The notes beneath the pieces were generated by a model that did no database searches, was not told the DNA's origin, and worked only from the letters and a program-made list of their open reading frames with translations. Source: an uncultured virus (IMG/VR IMGVR_UViG_3300017917_005385) (taxonomy: Duplodnaviria > Heunggongvirae > Uroviricota > Caudoviricetes). Taken from it: a stretch of 64,000 bases of DNA. Below are positions 1-10,422 of this stretch, piece by piece. The DNA is taken from IMG/VR virus record IMGVR_UViG_3300017917_005385; one strand, 5' to 3'. The stretch's first letter is position 1; every line of letters starts with the position of its first letter. The position numbers were made by a program, and so were the translations under genes.

Positions 1-231
1 ATAAACCCTTTGTCCTGGTTTTACTACTAATCCTGTTTTTGAGATTGATTGACCGTTTAATTTAATATCAGCGAGAACTGAAACGGTTAGTGGGTTAAAT
101 AATTCGATTTCGAACTCGTCTCCATCATTTAAGAAGACTTTCCCATTTTTAATTGATTTTCTCCCTTTGTCTTTAGGAGATACAATCCAAGCTCCTGGCT
201 TGGAATTGCTACTTGCAATTGTTTTTGCCAT
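1..231 (-). CDS. Conserved phage hypothetical protein, N-terminal part (runs off window)
   Basis: Not in ORF track; manual translation from ATG at 231: MAKTIASSNSKPGAWIVSPKDKGRKSIKNGKVFLNDGDEFEIELFNPLTVSVLADIKLNGQSISKTGLVVKPGQRVY, open to the window edge. Confidence 0.75.
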   Translation of the reverse strand, partial: MAKTIASSNSKPGAWIVSPKDKGRKSIKNGKVFLNDGDEFEIELFNPLTVSVLADIKLNGQSISKTGLVVKPGQRVY

Positions 232-252
232 AGTTATTCATTTTTATTTTAT

Positions 253-310
253 CCTATATCTTTGATTCATTTCTAAATCTCAAAGGCATCCTATTGATAC
301 CCGACATAAG
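253..310 (-). ncRNA. Candidate structured 5' leader (three-way junction)
   Basis: Minus strand: CUUAUGUC/GAUAUAGG closing stem, GGUAUC-AAUAG-GAUGCC hairpin, UUUGA..UCAAA hairpin; lies between promoter-like CAATATATA (338-330) and ATG 231. Confidence 0.4.
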
Positions 311-345
311 TGTAGCGAACAGCTTATATTATATATTGAAAAAGT

Positions 346-873
346 TTATGCTTGTTGTAAATTTGTTCCACAAGATGGACAAAACTTATAAGTTTCTTTA
401 TTTTCAAAACCACAATTAAAACAAAATTTAACTTCTGATTTATTTTCTATTATATTTGATTTTTTTATATGTATAAGATTGGTGTTAAGATAAATATTCT
501 CCATCTTGCCTTCAATTAATATAATAGGATTTGATGTTATTTCAAATGTCCAAGGACTTTTTATCCATCTAGTAAATACCTTTGTTTTTTTATCAATTTC
601 GTCTCTATTTTCACCATCTATTGTTATTACAAATTCGGTTATATTATTTCTTTCTACAAGTCCATCTTTTTCTAAAAGAATATTACTAATTGTTTTTATT
701 GTACTATAGATATCTTTTTTTTCTGGTACACCAGAAACAACTTGGAAAACTATTGTCCAAAGTCCGGAACCAGGTGTTGTTTCTATTAGAGTTATTTTAT
801 ACAAAACACCTGTTTCTGATTTAAAATCAATCACATTGCAGATTTCTAAAGTCCTATCTATTGTATAATTCAT
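346..873 (-). CDS. Hypothetical protein with C-terminal double zinc ribbon
   Basis: CFNC...CPSC at C-terminus; CAATATATA 4 nt upstream of ATG. Confidence 0.75.
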   Translation of the reverse strand: MNYTIDRTLEICNVIDFKSETGVLYKITLIETTPGSGLWTIVFQVVSGVPEKKDIYSTIKTISNILLEKDGLVERNNITEFVITIDGENRDEIDKKTKVFTRWIKSPWTFEITSNPIILIEGKMENIYLNTNLIHIKKSNIIENKSEVKFCFNCGFENKETYKFCPSCGTNLQQA

Positions 874-891
874 AAATTATATATTGATATT

Positions 892-923
892 TTTGTTTTT
901 TCTTAAAATTTACCTTATATTTG
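892..923 (+). promoter_or_regulatory. Bacteroidota sigma70-type (-33/-7) promoter
   Basis: TTTG (892-895)-N20-TATATTTG (916-923) matches TTTG-N19-21-TAnnTTTG. Confidence 0.7.
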
Positions 924-947
924 TATTATAAATTAAATTTAGATAAA

Positions 948-2150
948 GTGGATAAATTCGATAACTCTATATTACAAACGTTTTTAAGTCTAACTGACCG
1001 AACATATCCTTATGGTACTGAGGATGATTTGGTTGAATCTATGTTAGAACTTGGAATTTTCCCATCAGATATTCAAAAAGATAAACACGGAAACTATTTC
1101 TATAAAATTGGTGAGTCAAGAACTATTTTTGCATCACACTTAGATACAGTTTCTAAAGAACTAGCTCAGGTTATTCATACATTTGATGGTGATATTATTG
1201 GTACCGATGGTAAAACTACTTTAGGTGCTGATGATAAAGCAGGTGTTACTGTGATGTTACATTTGATTAAAAATAACATTCCAGGTCTTTATTACTTTTT
1301 TATTGGTGAAGAAGTTGGATGTATCGGTTCTGGTTTAGCATCTTCTCAATCAATCTCACAATTTAAAGGAAAATATGATAGAATTATCTCTTTTGACAGA
1401 AGAGGTACAGATTCAATTATTACATATCAATCTTCAACTAGATGTTGTTCTGATAAATTTGCTGAATCTTTAGCAAAGCAATTAAACATATCAGGTATGT
1501 CTTATAAAAAAGACGATGGTGGTGTTTATACTGACTCTGCTGAGTTTACTGATATTATTCCTGAATGTACAAACGTTTCAGTTGGTTATTACAAAGAACA
1601 CACTTTTAACGAAACTCAAGATATCAAACACCTTGAGAAATTAGCAAATGCTTGTCTTTTGGTGGATTGGGAAAATCTTCCAACTGAAAGAGATATGACT
1701 AAGAAAGAATATAAGAGTTACAACTATGGTTCTAGTTATTCTAACAAAAGATGGAGTGGTAACTCAAGTTCCGACTGGAGAAGACGTGACTATGGATATC
1801 ATGATGATTGGTATGACCAAACACCATCTACTAATTTCAAAACTTATGATGATACCGATGAGGTTGAAGACTGGGAAGTTGAATATAAAAAGTATAAAAA
1901 GACTCGTAGAAGTAATAAAAGAGGACGTGAGTTTTTTGATGCCGGTGGTGGTGATTTAATCCCATTCAAAAATTCAACTTCTGTAAATTTACCACTTGGT
2001 AAAAATCATTATGATAGTCTTATTGATAAGATTGTTAAAGATGATTTAACAAGAGTTGAGTTAGATATTATTAAAGACCAATATCTTGATATGAATACTG
2101 AGAACGATAGAGCCTTTTATGATTATTTACTTGGTAACATTATCGACTAA
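948..2150 (+). CDS. M28/M20/M42-family zinc peptidase with low-complexity C-terminal tail
   Basis: SHLDTV, LGADDKAG, GEEVG, SFDRRG, YTDS..F motifs; start moved to GTG 948 because 921 overlaps the -7 box. Confidence 0.8.
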   Translation: MDKFDNSILQTFLSLTDRTYPYGTEDDLVESMLELGIFPSDIQKDKHGNYFYKIGESRTIFASHLDTVSKELAQVIHTFDGDIIGTDGKTTLGADDKAGVTVMLHLIKNNIPGLYYFFIGEEVGCIGSGLASSQSISQFKGKYDRIISFDRRGTDSIITYQSSTRCCSDKFAESLAKQLNISGMSYKKDDGGVYTDSAEFTDIIPECTNVSVGYYKEHTFNETQDIKHLEKLANACLLVDWENLPTERDMTKKEYKSYNYGSSYSNKRWSGNSSSDWRRRDYGYHDDWYDQTPSTNFKTYDDTDEVEDWEVEYKKYKKTRRSNKRGREFFDAGGGDLIPFKNSTSVNLPLGKNHYDSLIDKIVKDDLTRVELDIIKDQYLDMNTENDRAFYDYLLGNIID

Positions 2151-2352
2151 AATCAATAATATCTGAAGACTTTATGATTTCATCAGGGGCGTTGAAAATT
2201 TTAGAATTTGGAACATTATGGCTAACTTTGTAAGAAACCTTAGAAACTTTTTCAATAATTTTTACAGGAGTAACCATGTCATTGTACCAGTATTCTACAA
2301 GAACAATGTCTCCTTCTTTATAAAAAGATTTAAACTCTAATAAAAATTTCAT
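2140..2352 (-). CDS. Small SH3/KOW-like protein with CTS-like N-terminus
   Basis: MKFLLEFKSF N-terminus; YKEGDIVLV; TAATATATA 4 nt upstream. Confidence 0.65.
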   Translation of the reverse strand: MKFLLEFKSFYKEGDIVLVEYWYNDMVTPVKIIEKVSKVSYKVSHNVPNSKIFNAPDEIIKSSDIIDFSR

Positions 2353-2368
2353 ATACTATATATTAAAT

Positions 2369-3319
2369 ATGTCAGTGCTTATTTTTGATAACGAAATGAT
2401 GAACTTTCTCTATTTTGCCCAGAGAGATTCTATAATTGCTGCTTTATTACTTCAAGGTAATGAATCGCATATAAAAGATGAAGGTAGTTATATCAAGTAT
2501 GAAAGTGATGATGTTGATGTTATTTCTTACTTACCTAGGTCAAAGTATGAAAAGGTTGAAGATCCTTGGTCAAATGGTCGAATTAAAATAAAAATAGGAA
2601 GATTTGTTAAAAAGTTTTTAACTGAGTTTTCTGAAAAAAACTTTAATGTTAATAATGTTTTAATTGAAAAGTTTGTAAATCTTTACAAATCTTATTTCTC
2701 AAGAGATTCTTCTAAGTTAAAAATTGTCGAAGGAAATGATATTCTAAAATATTATCTTGAAGATAACTATTACTCTATAAACGGTAATAGAAACGGAAGT
2801 CTTTGGAATTCTTGCATGAGACAAAGAGAAAGAAATAAATTCATGACTCTTTATGCTAAAAATCCTGACAAAGTTAAAATGTTAGTTTTTTTCTCTGATG
2901 ATGATAAAGTTAGAGCTAGAGCATTGCTTTGGTATGGTGTTAAAGAGCATAACTCAGATAAAGAGTACAACTTTATGGATAGAATTTATTTCTTTTATGA
3001 CCATGATGTTAATTTCTTTAAAGATTGGGCAAGAGAAAATGGTTTTATATCTAAATGGGATCAAACCGCTAAGAGTCAAATGTATTTTGATGATGGAATA
3101 GGTGAGCCTATTAGAAGAAGTTTATATATTACTTTAGATAATTATAACCTACAATATTATCCATATTTAGATACATTTAAGTTTTTTAACTATGATAAGG
3201 GTAGATTTTCTAATTCAGACTCTTATAACTTTGATTATATACTTACTCAAAGTAATGGTCAAACAGAAAGAGATCCTGAGCCAGAACCGGAAGAATATTA
3301 CGATGAAGATGATAATTAA
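2369..3319 (+). CDS. Phage protein of the SCM...RALLW...DRIY family (paralog of 24774-26279)
   Basis: IKIGRF, GSLWNSCMR, RARALLW, FMDRIY, YPYLDTFK shared with 24774-26279. Confidence 0.75.
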   Translation: MSVLIFDNEMMNFLYFAQRDSIIAALLLQGNESHIKDEGSYIKYESDDVDVISYLPRSKYEKVEDPWSNGRIKIKIGRFVKKFLTEFSEKNFNVNNVLIEKFVNLYKSYFSRDSSKLKIVEGNDILKYYLEDNYYSINGNRNGSLWNSCMRQRERNKFMTLYAKNPDKVKMLVFFSDDDKVRARALLWYGVKEHNSDKEYNFMDRIYFFYDHDVNFFKDWARENGFISKWDQTAKSQMYFDDGIGEPIRRSLYITLDNYNLQYYPYLDTFKFFNYDKGRFSNSDSYNFDYILTQSNGQTERDPEPEPEEYYDEDDN

Positions 3320-3346
3320 AAAAACCCACCGATTGGTGGGTTTTTT
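3318..3346. terminator. Bidirectional intrinsic terminator
   Basis: AAAAAACCCACC-GATT-GGTGGGTTTTTT between convergent genes. Confidence 0.85.
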
Positions 3347-3349
3347 ATT

Positions 3350-4105
3350 TTATATGTCTTTTTGTTCTGAACGATATTTATCGTATCTATTTGCTATTTC
3401 TACAAGGAATTTATTTCTAACAATATCTTCATTTGTAAATTCATGTAGATATAAGTCATTCATTCCTTCAACCATCTTTATAAAGTCGTTGTAACCAGAG
3501 TCTCTTTTTCTAACATCATATTGTGATGTATCGCCCATCATTACAGCTTTTGAGTCTTTACCTAAACGAGTTACCCATAACATTAATTGTTTAATAGAAG
3601 CATTCTGACACTCATCTAAAAGCATTATACAGTTATCATAAGTCGAGCCTCTCATATAAGCTAATGGTTCAAAACATATTTCTTCTGTTGAAAATAAAAA
3701 GTCAACTGTTGGCTTTCCTAATATTTTACAAAATGTTGTATAATATGATTGTTTATATGGATCAATTTTCTCAGCAATATTACCTGGAAGTGCTCCTAAA
3801 TTTTCACCACTTTCTTGAATAGGTTTTGTGATAATAATTTTTTCAATTTTTTTATCAGCTAATAAAGCCAATGCGGTGTAACAAGTTGTGTAGGTTTTTG
3901 AAGTACCGGCTGGTCCGTGAACCACTGATAAGATGTTATTTCTTATTCCTTTGTAAAGTGTTTGTTGCTTATCTGTTAGATGTACGTTTGATTTTTGAAA
4001 CTCTTCTTTAGTTAAAGAGTTTTTCTTTCTTAGATTCTTTTTGTATTCAAATTCTTGAATTCCCTCTTGAATCTGGCTGTTTAGTTCACTTTTACCTTTA
4101 CTCAT
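3350..4105 (-). CDS. phoH: PhoH-like ATPase
   Basis: HGPAGTSKT, LGALPG, PLAYMRG, LLDECQN, GDTSQ, DIVRN; start at MSKGK (4105), just downstream of CAATATATA. Confidence 0.92.
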   Translation of the reverse strand: MSKGKSELNSQIQEGIQEFEYKKNLRKKNSLTKEEFQKSNVHLTDKQQTLYKGIRNNILSVVHGPAGTSKTYTTCYTALALLADKKIEKIIITKPIQESGENLGALPGNIAEKIDPYKQSYYTTFCKILGKPTVDFLFSTEEICFEPLAYMRGSTYDNCIMLLDECQNASIKQLMLWVTRLGKDSKAVMMGDTSQYDVRKRDSGYNDFIKMVEGMNDLYLHEFTNEDIVRNKFLVEIANRYDKYRSEQKDI

Positions 4106-4206
4106 TAAAGATGATTTTTCTTTTATATATTGATATTTTTTTCCTACCCTTTTCCTTTTATAAGAGATAATATATTTTAATATATAAGTCAAATACTACT
4201 CTAAAT

Positions 4207-4425
4207 ATGAAAAAGAATGAGGATGATTTAATCTACGATTTAATTTTCTCTGAGAAGGAAAATTTTAGAATTGATATCTCTGACTATCTTTCTGACATAT
4301 ATCAATATGAAGATTTTATAGACAGAATAAAAAAAATATTAAAAAAATCTAAGGTGAAAATAATTATTAGTGAAACACTTATGAGTAGTAAAACCGTAGT
4401 TTGGGAATTAAAAGTTAAAAAATAA
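4207..4425 (+). CDS. Hypothetical protein
   Basis: 72-aa ORF after TAATATATA (4178-4186), first gene of a structural operon. Confidence 0.65.
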   Translation: MKKNEDDLIYDLIFSEKENFRIDISDYLSDIYQYEDFIDRIKKILKKSKVKIIISETLMSSKTVVWELKVKK

Positions 4426-4428
4426 TAT

Positions 4429-7400
4429 ATGTGGGTATATAACAGTGATTATAATAAATGGTTTGCAAATAATGATTCTTTAAGTAAGAATGATTTTGAC
4501 TTTCTAAAACAAGAGCTAAAGGCAACTAGATTCTACTCAAGATGTTTGAGTGGTGCTACTTATTTACCAGTTAATGACTTAACTGATATATACGATATAT
4601 TAGGTGATTATCAATCTAGAACTTGGTACATAAGTCCTGATGTTACAAACGGATCGCTATATAGTGTAACCTCTATACCATCTCAACATGCTTCACCTAT
4701 TAACAATAATAATTTAAGTGATTATTATGTTAAGTATGTTCAAGAATATGGACTTACATTAAAAAATCTATTTACGCCATATAGACTTATAAAAGACTCT
4801 GCTAAAAACTTTTATTATGTTGATGTTGCTACTACTGAGGCTATCGATCTTAGTAATATAACTAGAGTTTTTACTTTAGATGGTGTTACTTTATCAGAAG
4901 GTCATAGAGTTTTAGTTAAAGACCAAGTATCAACAGTTATTTTACTATCAACTGCTGACCCAAAGACATACTTTACTGGTAATTATACAATTGTTCAAGA
5001 TCTTGGCGCTACTATAGAATACCAATACTATAACGAAGAGAATGGTATTTATAAATTTGCTAACGGTAATCTTGTAAGAGAAACAGATTTAGACGATTAT
5101 AATCAATGTATTAGATATAGTGTTTCTGTTAAACTAGGAGATGCTAATAAAGGTAGAAATTTTCACCTTGCTAGAATGCTAGATGGTTATTTTCCAATGA
5201 CATCTTTAGGACAACCTATTGAGTTTAGAGAAAAACAAAATTGGATTCTAAGAAACAGAGTTGATTACAATAATCTATTTGAGATAAATTACTATGATAT
5301 TATAAAACATGGAACTCAATCGTATAACTACGAAGGAACAACATATACTATACCTGAAAGAACAATTTCAGTAGGTGAATTTGGTGTTATATTAAACACA
5401 CAAGAAGGTAAATCTAATATTATAAAAAACAAATACAAAGTTAATCTTAGAAGTATATCACAAACTAGTAAATATTATTGGATTTGTGGTGATGAAAATA
5501 CACTTTTAAGAGTTAGAAAACATGATTTCTTTATTGATAGAGTTTTAATTGAAAATATACCAACAACACTTCCTAATTTAATAAAAACTAATCTTAGTTC
5601 TGTGTCATTTTTTGATGACTTAAATGGCGCTGTAGTAGGTGAATTAAATACAATTCTCTATACAAAAAATGGTGGTATTGAATGGAATAGATTAGAAATT
5701 CAAGATTTCATTGACTATGACTATACTAGAGTTTTATACTCTACTAATTTTAGCTTCTTTGTTGTTGGAAAAACTGGTGTATTTATAGAATTTGTGAATA
5801 GTATTTCTGGTTGGACTGCCTATAAGAGAAGAATATCTAAAATAGAAGACGCTGTTGATGAATATTTATTAGTTGAAAATATAAACGATTTATATAAAAC
5901 AACATTATCTAATTGGTCTATTTCATATAATTATTATACTCAATCAATACAAACAGATAAAGAACTTTTATTCTTAGTAACTGATAATAATAATTTAATT
6001 GCTTATGATATAAATAATTCATTTAGTCAAGTAGGTACAGATTTTATCTACTTTGATTTTGGTCAAGATTATGGTGATATCAGAAGTATCACACAAAGAC
6101 AAGGCACAAATGATTTTTATTTCACTGCAACAGATCCAACTAGTGGTAATGATGGAATATTCTCATTTAATATTTCAAACTTTGCATATCTTGGAACAGG
6201 TAGTTCTTACTCTAATACAACAGTTGGTGTCAGTGCCTCTTATGTTTATACTGAATATCCTAATGAGATATTTGATTACAACGGCACTCAATTACTAATA
6301 TGTGGAAACAATTCACTTTTAGGATATTCTACATACTCTACTACAAACTTTAATTCATTTGATTCAACATTTGAAGATAAATTAAAGTCAAAGTTATTGA
6401 TATTAGATTATGATATTGCTTCTAAATTAAACTTTTTTACAGATGCAGGTGATTATAGATTACCTACTGCTGTAACTTTTAGTAATATATCTTTAACATC
6501 ATCTGGAAGTGGTATATTTTTTAATCCTATACAACAAGGTATAACATCTACTAACAATGGTACATATTCTGAGACAAACTGGATAGTTTATTATCAAGAC
6601 TCTCAAAAGACTTTTGAATATTATAGCTCAGCGCCTCTTGATGAGTCAACTAAAGTTTTAATATCTATGACTTTTTCATACTCATCTGTAGCTGCTTCAC
6701 TTACAGGTAGTAATACATTAATAACATCATCGGCTTCTATTATATCTAGTTTAGCACCTATGATTACATACGCTACTGCTAGTAAGTACAATGGTCAGTT
6801 TTTACCAAGTATAGCACCTATTTCAAATTCATTTAATGTTTTCTTATATGATTACTTAATGATTATTAAAGTATCGACATTATATCCTGTATCTATAGGT
6901 GATGTTATTAGATTTGAAAGTTCTGTTGTAGATGCTGATTTAATTGTTAATAAAATAGTACCATCTGGTGGAAGTAAATACATTTATATGTATAGTGATT
7001 TTAATCAAAACATTATAACTAATTTACAAAATTCTACCAACATTTTTACAATTACTAACTTAAACAAGTATTCAGATATAAATCAATTAAAATCAAGATT
7101 TAACAGTCACCCTATATCTATGGGTTATAGTATTGATTACATTGATATATTTGGTAATGTAACAACATCACCTACTAATATTTTACAAATAGGTGGTAAA
7201 TTTAACTCAGAGACGGCATATTATAATTTACAAACTGATGTAATTGTTAGTGGAAATACTCAAAGTATGGTTTACACCAATAGTTTTTTAAAGTTTGGAT
7301 ATTCTCCTACTTATAATCTTTTAGACTATTTAACAAGTATAAATGATATAAATGAAGTTAATCCTAAGTTTTATGCAACTAAAGAATATTTAGCAATGCC

Positions 7401-9594
7401 TGTTTATGAGGGATTACCTTTAGGTAGTTTAGGTACATCAACTGTTTACATTGATTATAATGGTATGACTTATTCTGGAGGTAGTTATAGCCTACCGGTT
7501 AATAAGATTCTTTTTGGTACAGATTTAAGACTTGAATGGGAAAGTATATTTGTTAACACATTTGTTGATGTTAGAATAAATGGTATTTCTCAAACTTATA
7601 CAAATGAAAGATTACTAGTACTTAATAAGTATTATGATTCTATAAGTAACTCATATGTAATTGAGTTTCATAAAAGACTTAATTTACCAGTTGGTACAAA
7701 TATTTTACTACCTGGTTGTACTTTAGATATCATATCAAGAAGATATCTACATCAAATAAGTTCGGATTTACAAGAATTAAATAATATTCAAAGAACAAAA
7801 GGTAAGTCTAACTCTTGGCAAGACAATGGTGTGTATTCTTATGAAACATATCAAAATGAATTAAACTTTAAAATACCTACAGACTCATATGCTAAGGTAT
7901 TATTATCAGATGTTGATACTATACAAAAATTATCTGCTTTAATCTATATAGATTATAAAAATGAGTTATCAATGAATATAACTAGATTGGCTAAAGAGTA
8001 TAATGTTCCGATAGTTAATACAGCAAATTATAATAATAAACTTTACATATCTTGTTCACAAAACCATGACTTGATAACAGGCGAGGGTGTTGTTTTAGAC
8101 TTTATAGGTGGGACTGGGTCATCTCAAGAATTAAATCCACAATATTCTGGTTATCATGTTATTACTAAAATAAATGAAACTGACTTTGTTACCGAAATTG
8201 ATTTTGGAGTTCTTCCTACAGTTGGATTGGATGTGGGTTTTGTAAGATATACAAAACAAGATCCTTTCCTTAATTATCAACCTGTTGATTTAATAGAACT
8301 TGGAGTAGATAAAAAAGGTAAAATGTCATTAGAGTTGTCTATTGATAATCTTAAATTAACTGATAGTGTTTATAGTTTAGTTGATGTTGATCTTGAAAAA
8401 TACAGATTTAGATTAGTAGATGGTCTTAATATAGATACTATAAACTTACAATTCTCTTGGTTACTTGAGGCAGAGGTCTCAGGTGCTATTATAGGAGTAG
8501 CTAACAATGAGTTAGTGTGGTACAAAGGTACTTGGATATTTGGTAGATGGTTTGGTGGTATTTGGCAGTCAGGCGTTTGGATGTCAGGTGATTGGTATGG
8601 TGGTACTTGGAATTCAAATATAGTGACTGATAAGAAAATATCAGTTGATGTTGATACAAAGACTGAAAATAATAGTCAATCTTTTTGGTATACAGGTAGA
8701 TGGTTTGATGGTACCTGGAACAATGGTATTTGGAACAGTGGTAGATGGTACGGTGGTACTTGGAACAACGGTGTTTGGTATAACGGTACTTGGAATGATG
8801 GTACTTGGAATAATGGAAATTTTGAAGGTGGTATTTGGGTACTTGGTACTTGGAATAGAGGAGTATTTAATTGTGATAATGATCCTGCTTACTGGTTAGA
8901 TGGTAGTTGGTTTGGTGGTGATTTTGAAAATGGTATGTGGTACAACGGTAACTGGGAACAAAAAAATGGATTATCAAGATTTGGAACTAAATCATTCAAT
9001 AGTAGAACTGCTAATTGGCAAGCTGGTGTTTGGGTTAGTGGATCATTCTATTCATTCCTAAATACAAATGACCAAGGTGTTTTAGATGTATCTGATGTTC
9101 ATAAATACTCTATATGGAAAACTGGACAATGGTTATCTGGTGAATGGTATGGAGGTATCGCTTACAATATGGACTTTAAAACAGGTACTTGGTATGGTGG
9201 TATATTAGAAGATATACAAGTTGTTGGTATAGATACCACAAACAATACATTTATATTAAATGGAATATTCAAATTCAATACAGGTGATTATATCTATATC
9301 ATAGATAATCAAGCATCGAATGCTAACTCGGTATATGGTAGTAATTTGAATCCTGGTTCATATAGAGTTTTATATCAAGTTGAAGATCCTATTAATAAGA
9401 GAACTGTTGTTTATATCGATAAACTACTAACAGGTCCTTCGGTTCCTTCTGGTACTTATACAGGATTGTATGTAGTTTCTAGATTTAAGAATTTAAATTG
9501 GAAATCAGGTATATGGACTAACGGTATATACGATACTGGTCTATGGGAAGGTGGTATCTGGTACAATGGTGTTTTCAGTGGTACTTGGGCATAA
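4429..9594 (+). CDS. Giant virion structural (tail/baseplate-type) protein with BNR/beta-propeller-like region and C-terminal GxW pentapeptide repeats
   Basis: VATTEAIDL..LDGVTL..RVLVKDQ..NGIY tail-fibre-type domain; TKNGGIEW BNR-like box; many GxWxx repeats. Confidence 0.7.
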   Translation: MWVYNSDYNKWFANNDSLSKNDFDFLKQELKATRFYSRCLSGATYLPVNDLTDIYDILGDYQSRTWYISPDVTNGSLYSVTSIPSQHASPINNNNLSDYYVKYVQEYGLTLKNLFTPYRLIKDSAKNFYYVDVATTEAIDLSNITRVFTLDGVTLSEGHRVLVKDQVSTVILLSTADPKTYFTGNYTIVQDLGATIEYQYYNEENGIYKFANGNLVRETDLDDYNQCIRYSVSVKLGDANKGRNFHLARMLDGYFPMTSLGQPIEFREKQNWILRNRVDYNNLFEINYYDIIKHGTQSYNYEGTTYTIPERTISVGEFGVILNTQEGKSNIIKNKYKVNLRSISQTSKYYWICGDENTLLRVRKHDFFIDRVLIENIPTTLPNLIKTNLSSVSFFDDLNGAVVGELNTILYTKNGGIEWNRLEIQDFIDYDYTRVLYSTNFSFFVVGKTGVFIEFVNSISGWTAYKRRISKIEDAVDEYLLVENINDLYKTTLSNWSISYNYYTQSIQTDKELLFLVTDNNNLIAYDINNSFSQVGTDFIYFDFGQDYGDIRSITQRQGTNDFYFTATDPTSGNDGIFSFNISNFAYLGTGSSYSNTTVGVSASYVYTEYPNEIFDYNGTQLLICGNNSLLGYSTYSTTNFNSFDSTFEDKLKSKLLILDYDIASKLNFFTDAGDYRLPTAVTFSNISLTSSGSGIFFNPIQQGITSTNNGTYSETNWIVYYQDSQKTFEYYSSAPLDESTKVLISMTFSYSSVAASLTGSNTLITSSASIISSLAPMITYATASKYNGQFLPSIAPISNSFNVFLYDYLMIIKVSTLYPVSIGDVIRFESSVVDADLIVNKIVPSGGSKYIYMYSDFNQNIITNLQNSTNIFTITNLNKYSDINQLKSRFNSHPISMGYSIDYIDIFGNVTTSPTNILQIGGKFNSETAYYNLQTDVIVSGNTQSMVYTNSFLKFGYSPTYNLLDYLTSINDINEVNPKFYATKEYLAMPVYEGLPLGSLGTSTVYIDYNGMTYSGGSYSLPVNKILFGTDLRLEWESIFVNTFVDVRINGISQTYTNERLLVLNKYYDSISNSYVIEFHKRLNLPVGTNILLPGCTLDIISRRYLHQISSDLQELNNIQRTKGKSNSWQDNGVYSYETYQNELNFKIPTDSYAKVLLSDVDTIQKLSALIYIDYKNELSMNITRLAKEYNVPIVNTANYNNKLYISCSQNHDLITGEGVVLDFIGGTGSSQELNPQYSGYHVITKINETDFVTEIDFGVLPTVGLDVGFVRYTKQDPFLNYQPVDLIELGVDKKGKMSLELSIDNLKLTDSVYSLVDVDLEKYRFRLVDGLNIDTINLQFSWLLEAEVSGAIIGVANNELVWYKGTWIFGRWFGGIWQSGVWMSGDWYGGTWNSNIVTDKKISVDVDTKTENNSQSFWYTGRWFDGTWNNGIWNSGRWYGGTWNNGVWYNGTWNDGTWNNGNFEGGIWVLGTWNRGVFNCDNDPAYWLDGSWFGGDFENGMWYNGNWEQKNGLSRFGTKSFNSRTANWQAGVWVSGSFYSFLNTNDQGVLDVSDVHKYSIWKTGQWLSGEWYGGIAYNMDFKTGTWYGGILEDIQVVGIDTTNNTFILNGIFKFNTGDYIYIIDNQASNANSVYGSNLNPGSYRVLYQVEDPINKRTVVYIDKLLTGPSVPSGTYTGLYVVSRFKNLNWKSGIWTNGIYDTGLWEGGIWYNGVFSGTWA

Positions 9595-9623
9595 AAATAT
9601 TATTACAATTTAATATATACAAT

Positions 9624-9989
9624 ATGATTAAAAGATATTTACAATTTATTAAAGAGGCGGATGAGCCAGTAAAAGACAATAACAAATATGTAGAGATGAG
9701 AGATGAAATTAAATCTCTTATTGAGAAAACTATTGAAAAGTCTGGTGGTGAGTTCAAATCATTTGTAGATAAATTTGTTAAATCACCTGAAGATGTTAAA
9801 ATTGAAGGTTTAATAAATGACTCAGATATATATGATTTCTATCTTAAATTTAGAAATGATATTGATGAGTTATTAAATGATATTAAATACTTTGATGAAG
9901 TTCCTAGTGAATCCAACACATTTGGATTATATGATTATATAATAAATGGAACTGAAAAGGCTATTATAGAAGCCGTTAAAATGTTATAA
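9624..9989 (+). CDS. Putative capsid-internal protein (CTS-like N-terminus)
   Basis: True start ATG 9624 MIKRYLQFIKE; TAATATATA 9611-9619. Confidence 0.7.
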   Translation: MIKRYLQFIKEADEPVKDNNKYVEMRDEIKSLIEKTIEKSGGEFKSFVDKFVKSPEDVKIEGLINDSDIYDFYLKFRNDIDELLNDIKYFDEVPSESNTFGLYDYIINGTEKAIIEAVKML

Positions 9990-10422
9990 CATTACTCTTT
10001 TTATTAGACTGTAAAACTTTAACATTATCCAATTTTGGTATTTTTAAACTTAAATCAAAATGATATAAAGTATTTAAAACTAATATTACCTCAAATTTAT
10101 TATACTCTTTTTCTATATTTAAGCAGTTTTTAATAATCTCTTCAAAAGACTTTTTATCTTTCAAAAAATTTATTGTATCAATAACTACATATGATAGTTT
10201 ATTTTGAAATAATCCACCATGGTTTAGAATTTCAAATTCAATATCTGTTAAAAATGTTCCCCTTGGAAAAGCAGTAACTTGAATGTTTTTGTTATTTAAT
10301 TCAAGTGATTTTATTCTTTTATCAAAATCTAAAGCAAAGTACAAAGTCTTTTTAGACTTGTCTATTAGACTAAGTGCTAGATTTGACTTACCAGATTTTG
10401 AATCGCCGTGAATTATTATCAT
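9976..10422 (-). CDS. Short, degenerate RecA/DnaB-fold P-loop protein
   Basis: IIIHGDSKSGKS Walker A, TLYFALD, YVVIDTINFL Walker B; only 148 aa. Confidence 0.6.
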   Translation of the reverse strand: MIIIHGDSKSGKSNLALSLIDKSKKTLYFALDFDKRIKSLELNNKNIQVTAFPRGTFLTDIEFEILNHGGLFQNKLSYVVIDTINFLKDKKSFEEIIKNCLNIEKEYNKFEVILVLNTLYHFDLSLKIPKLDNVKVLQSNKKSNVITF

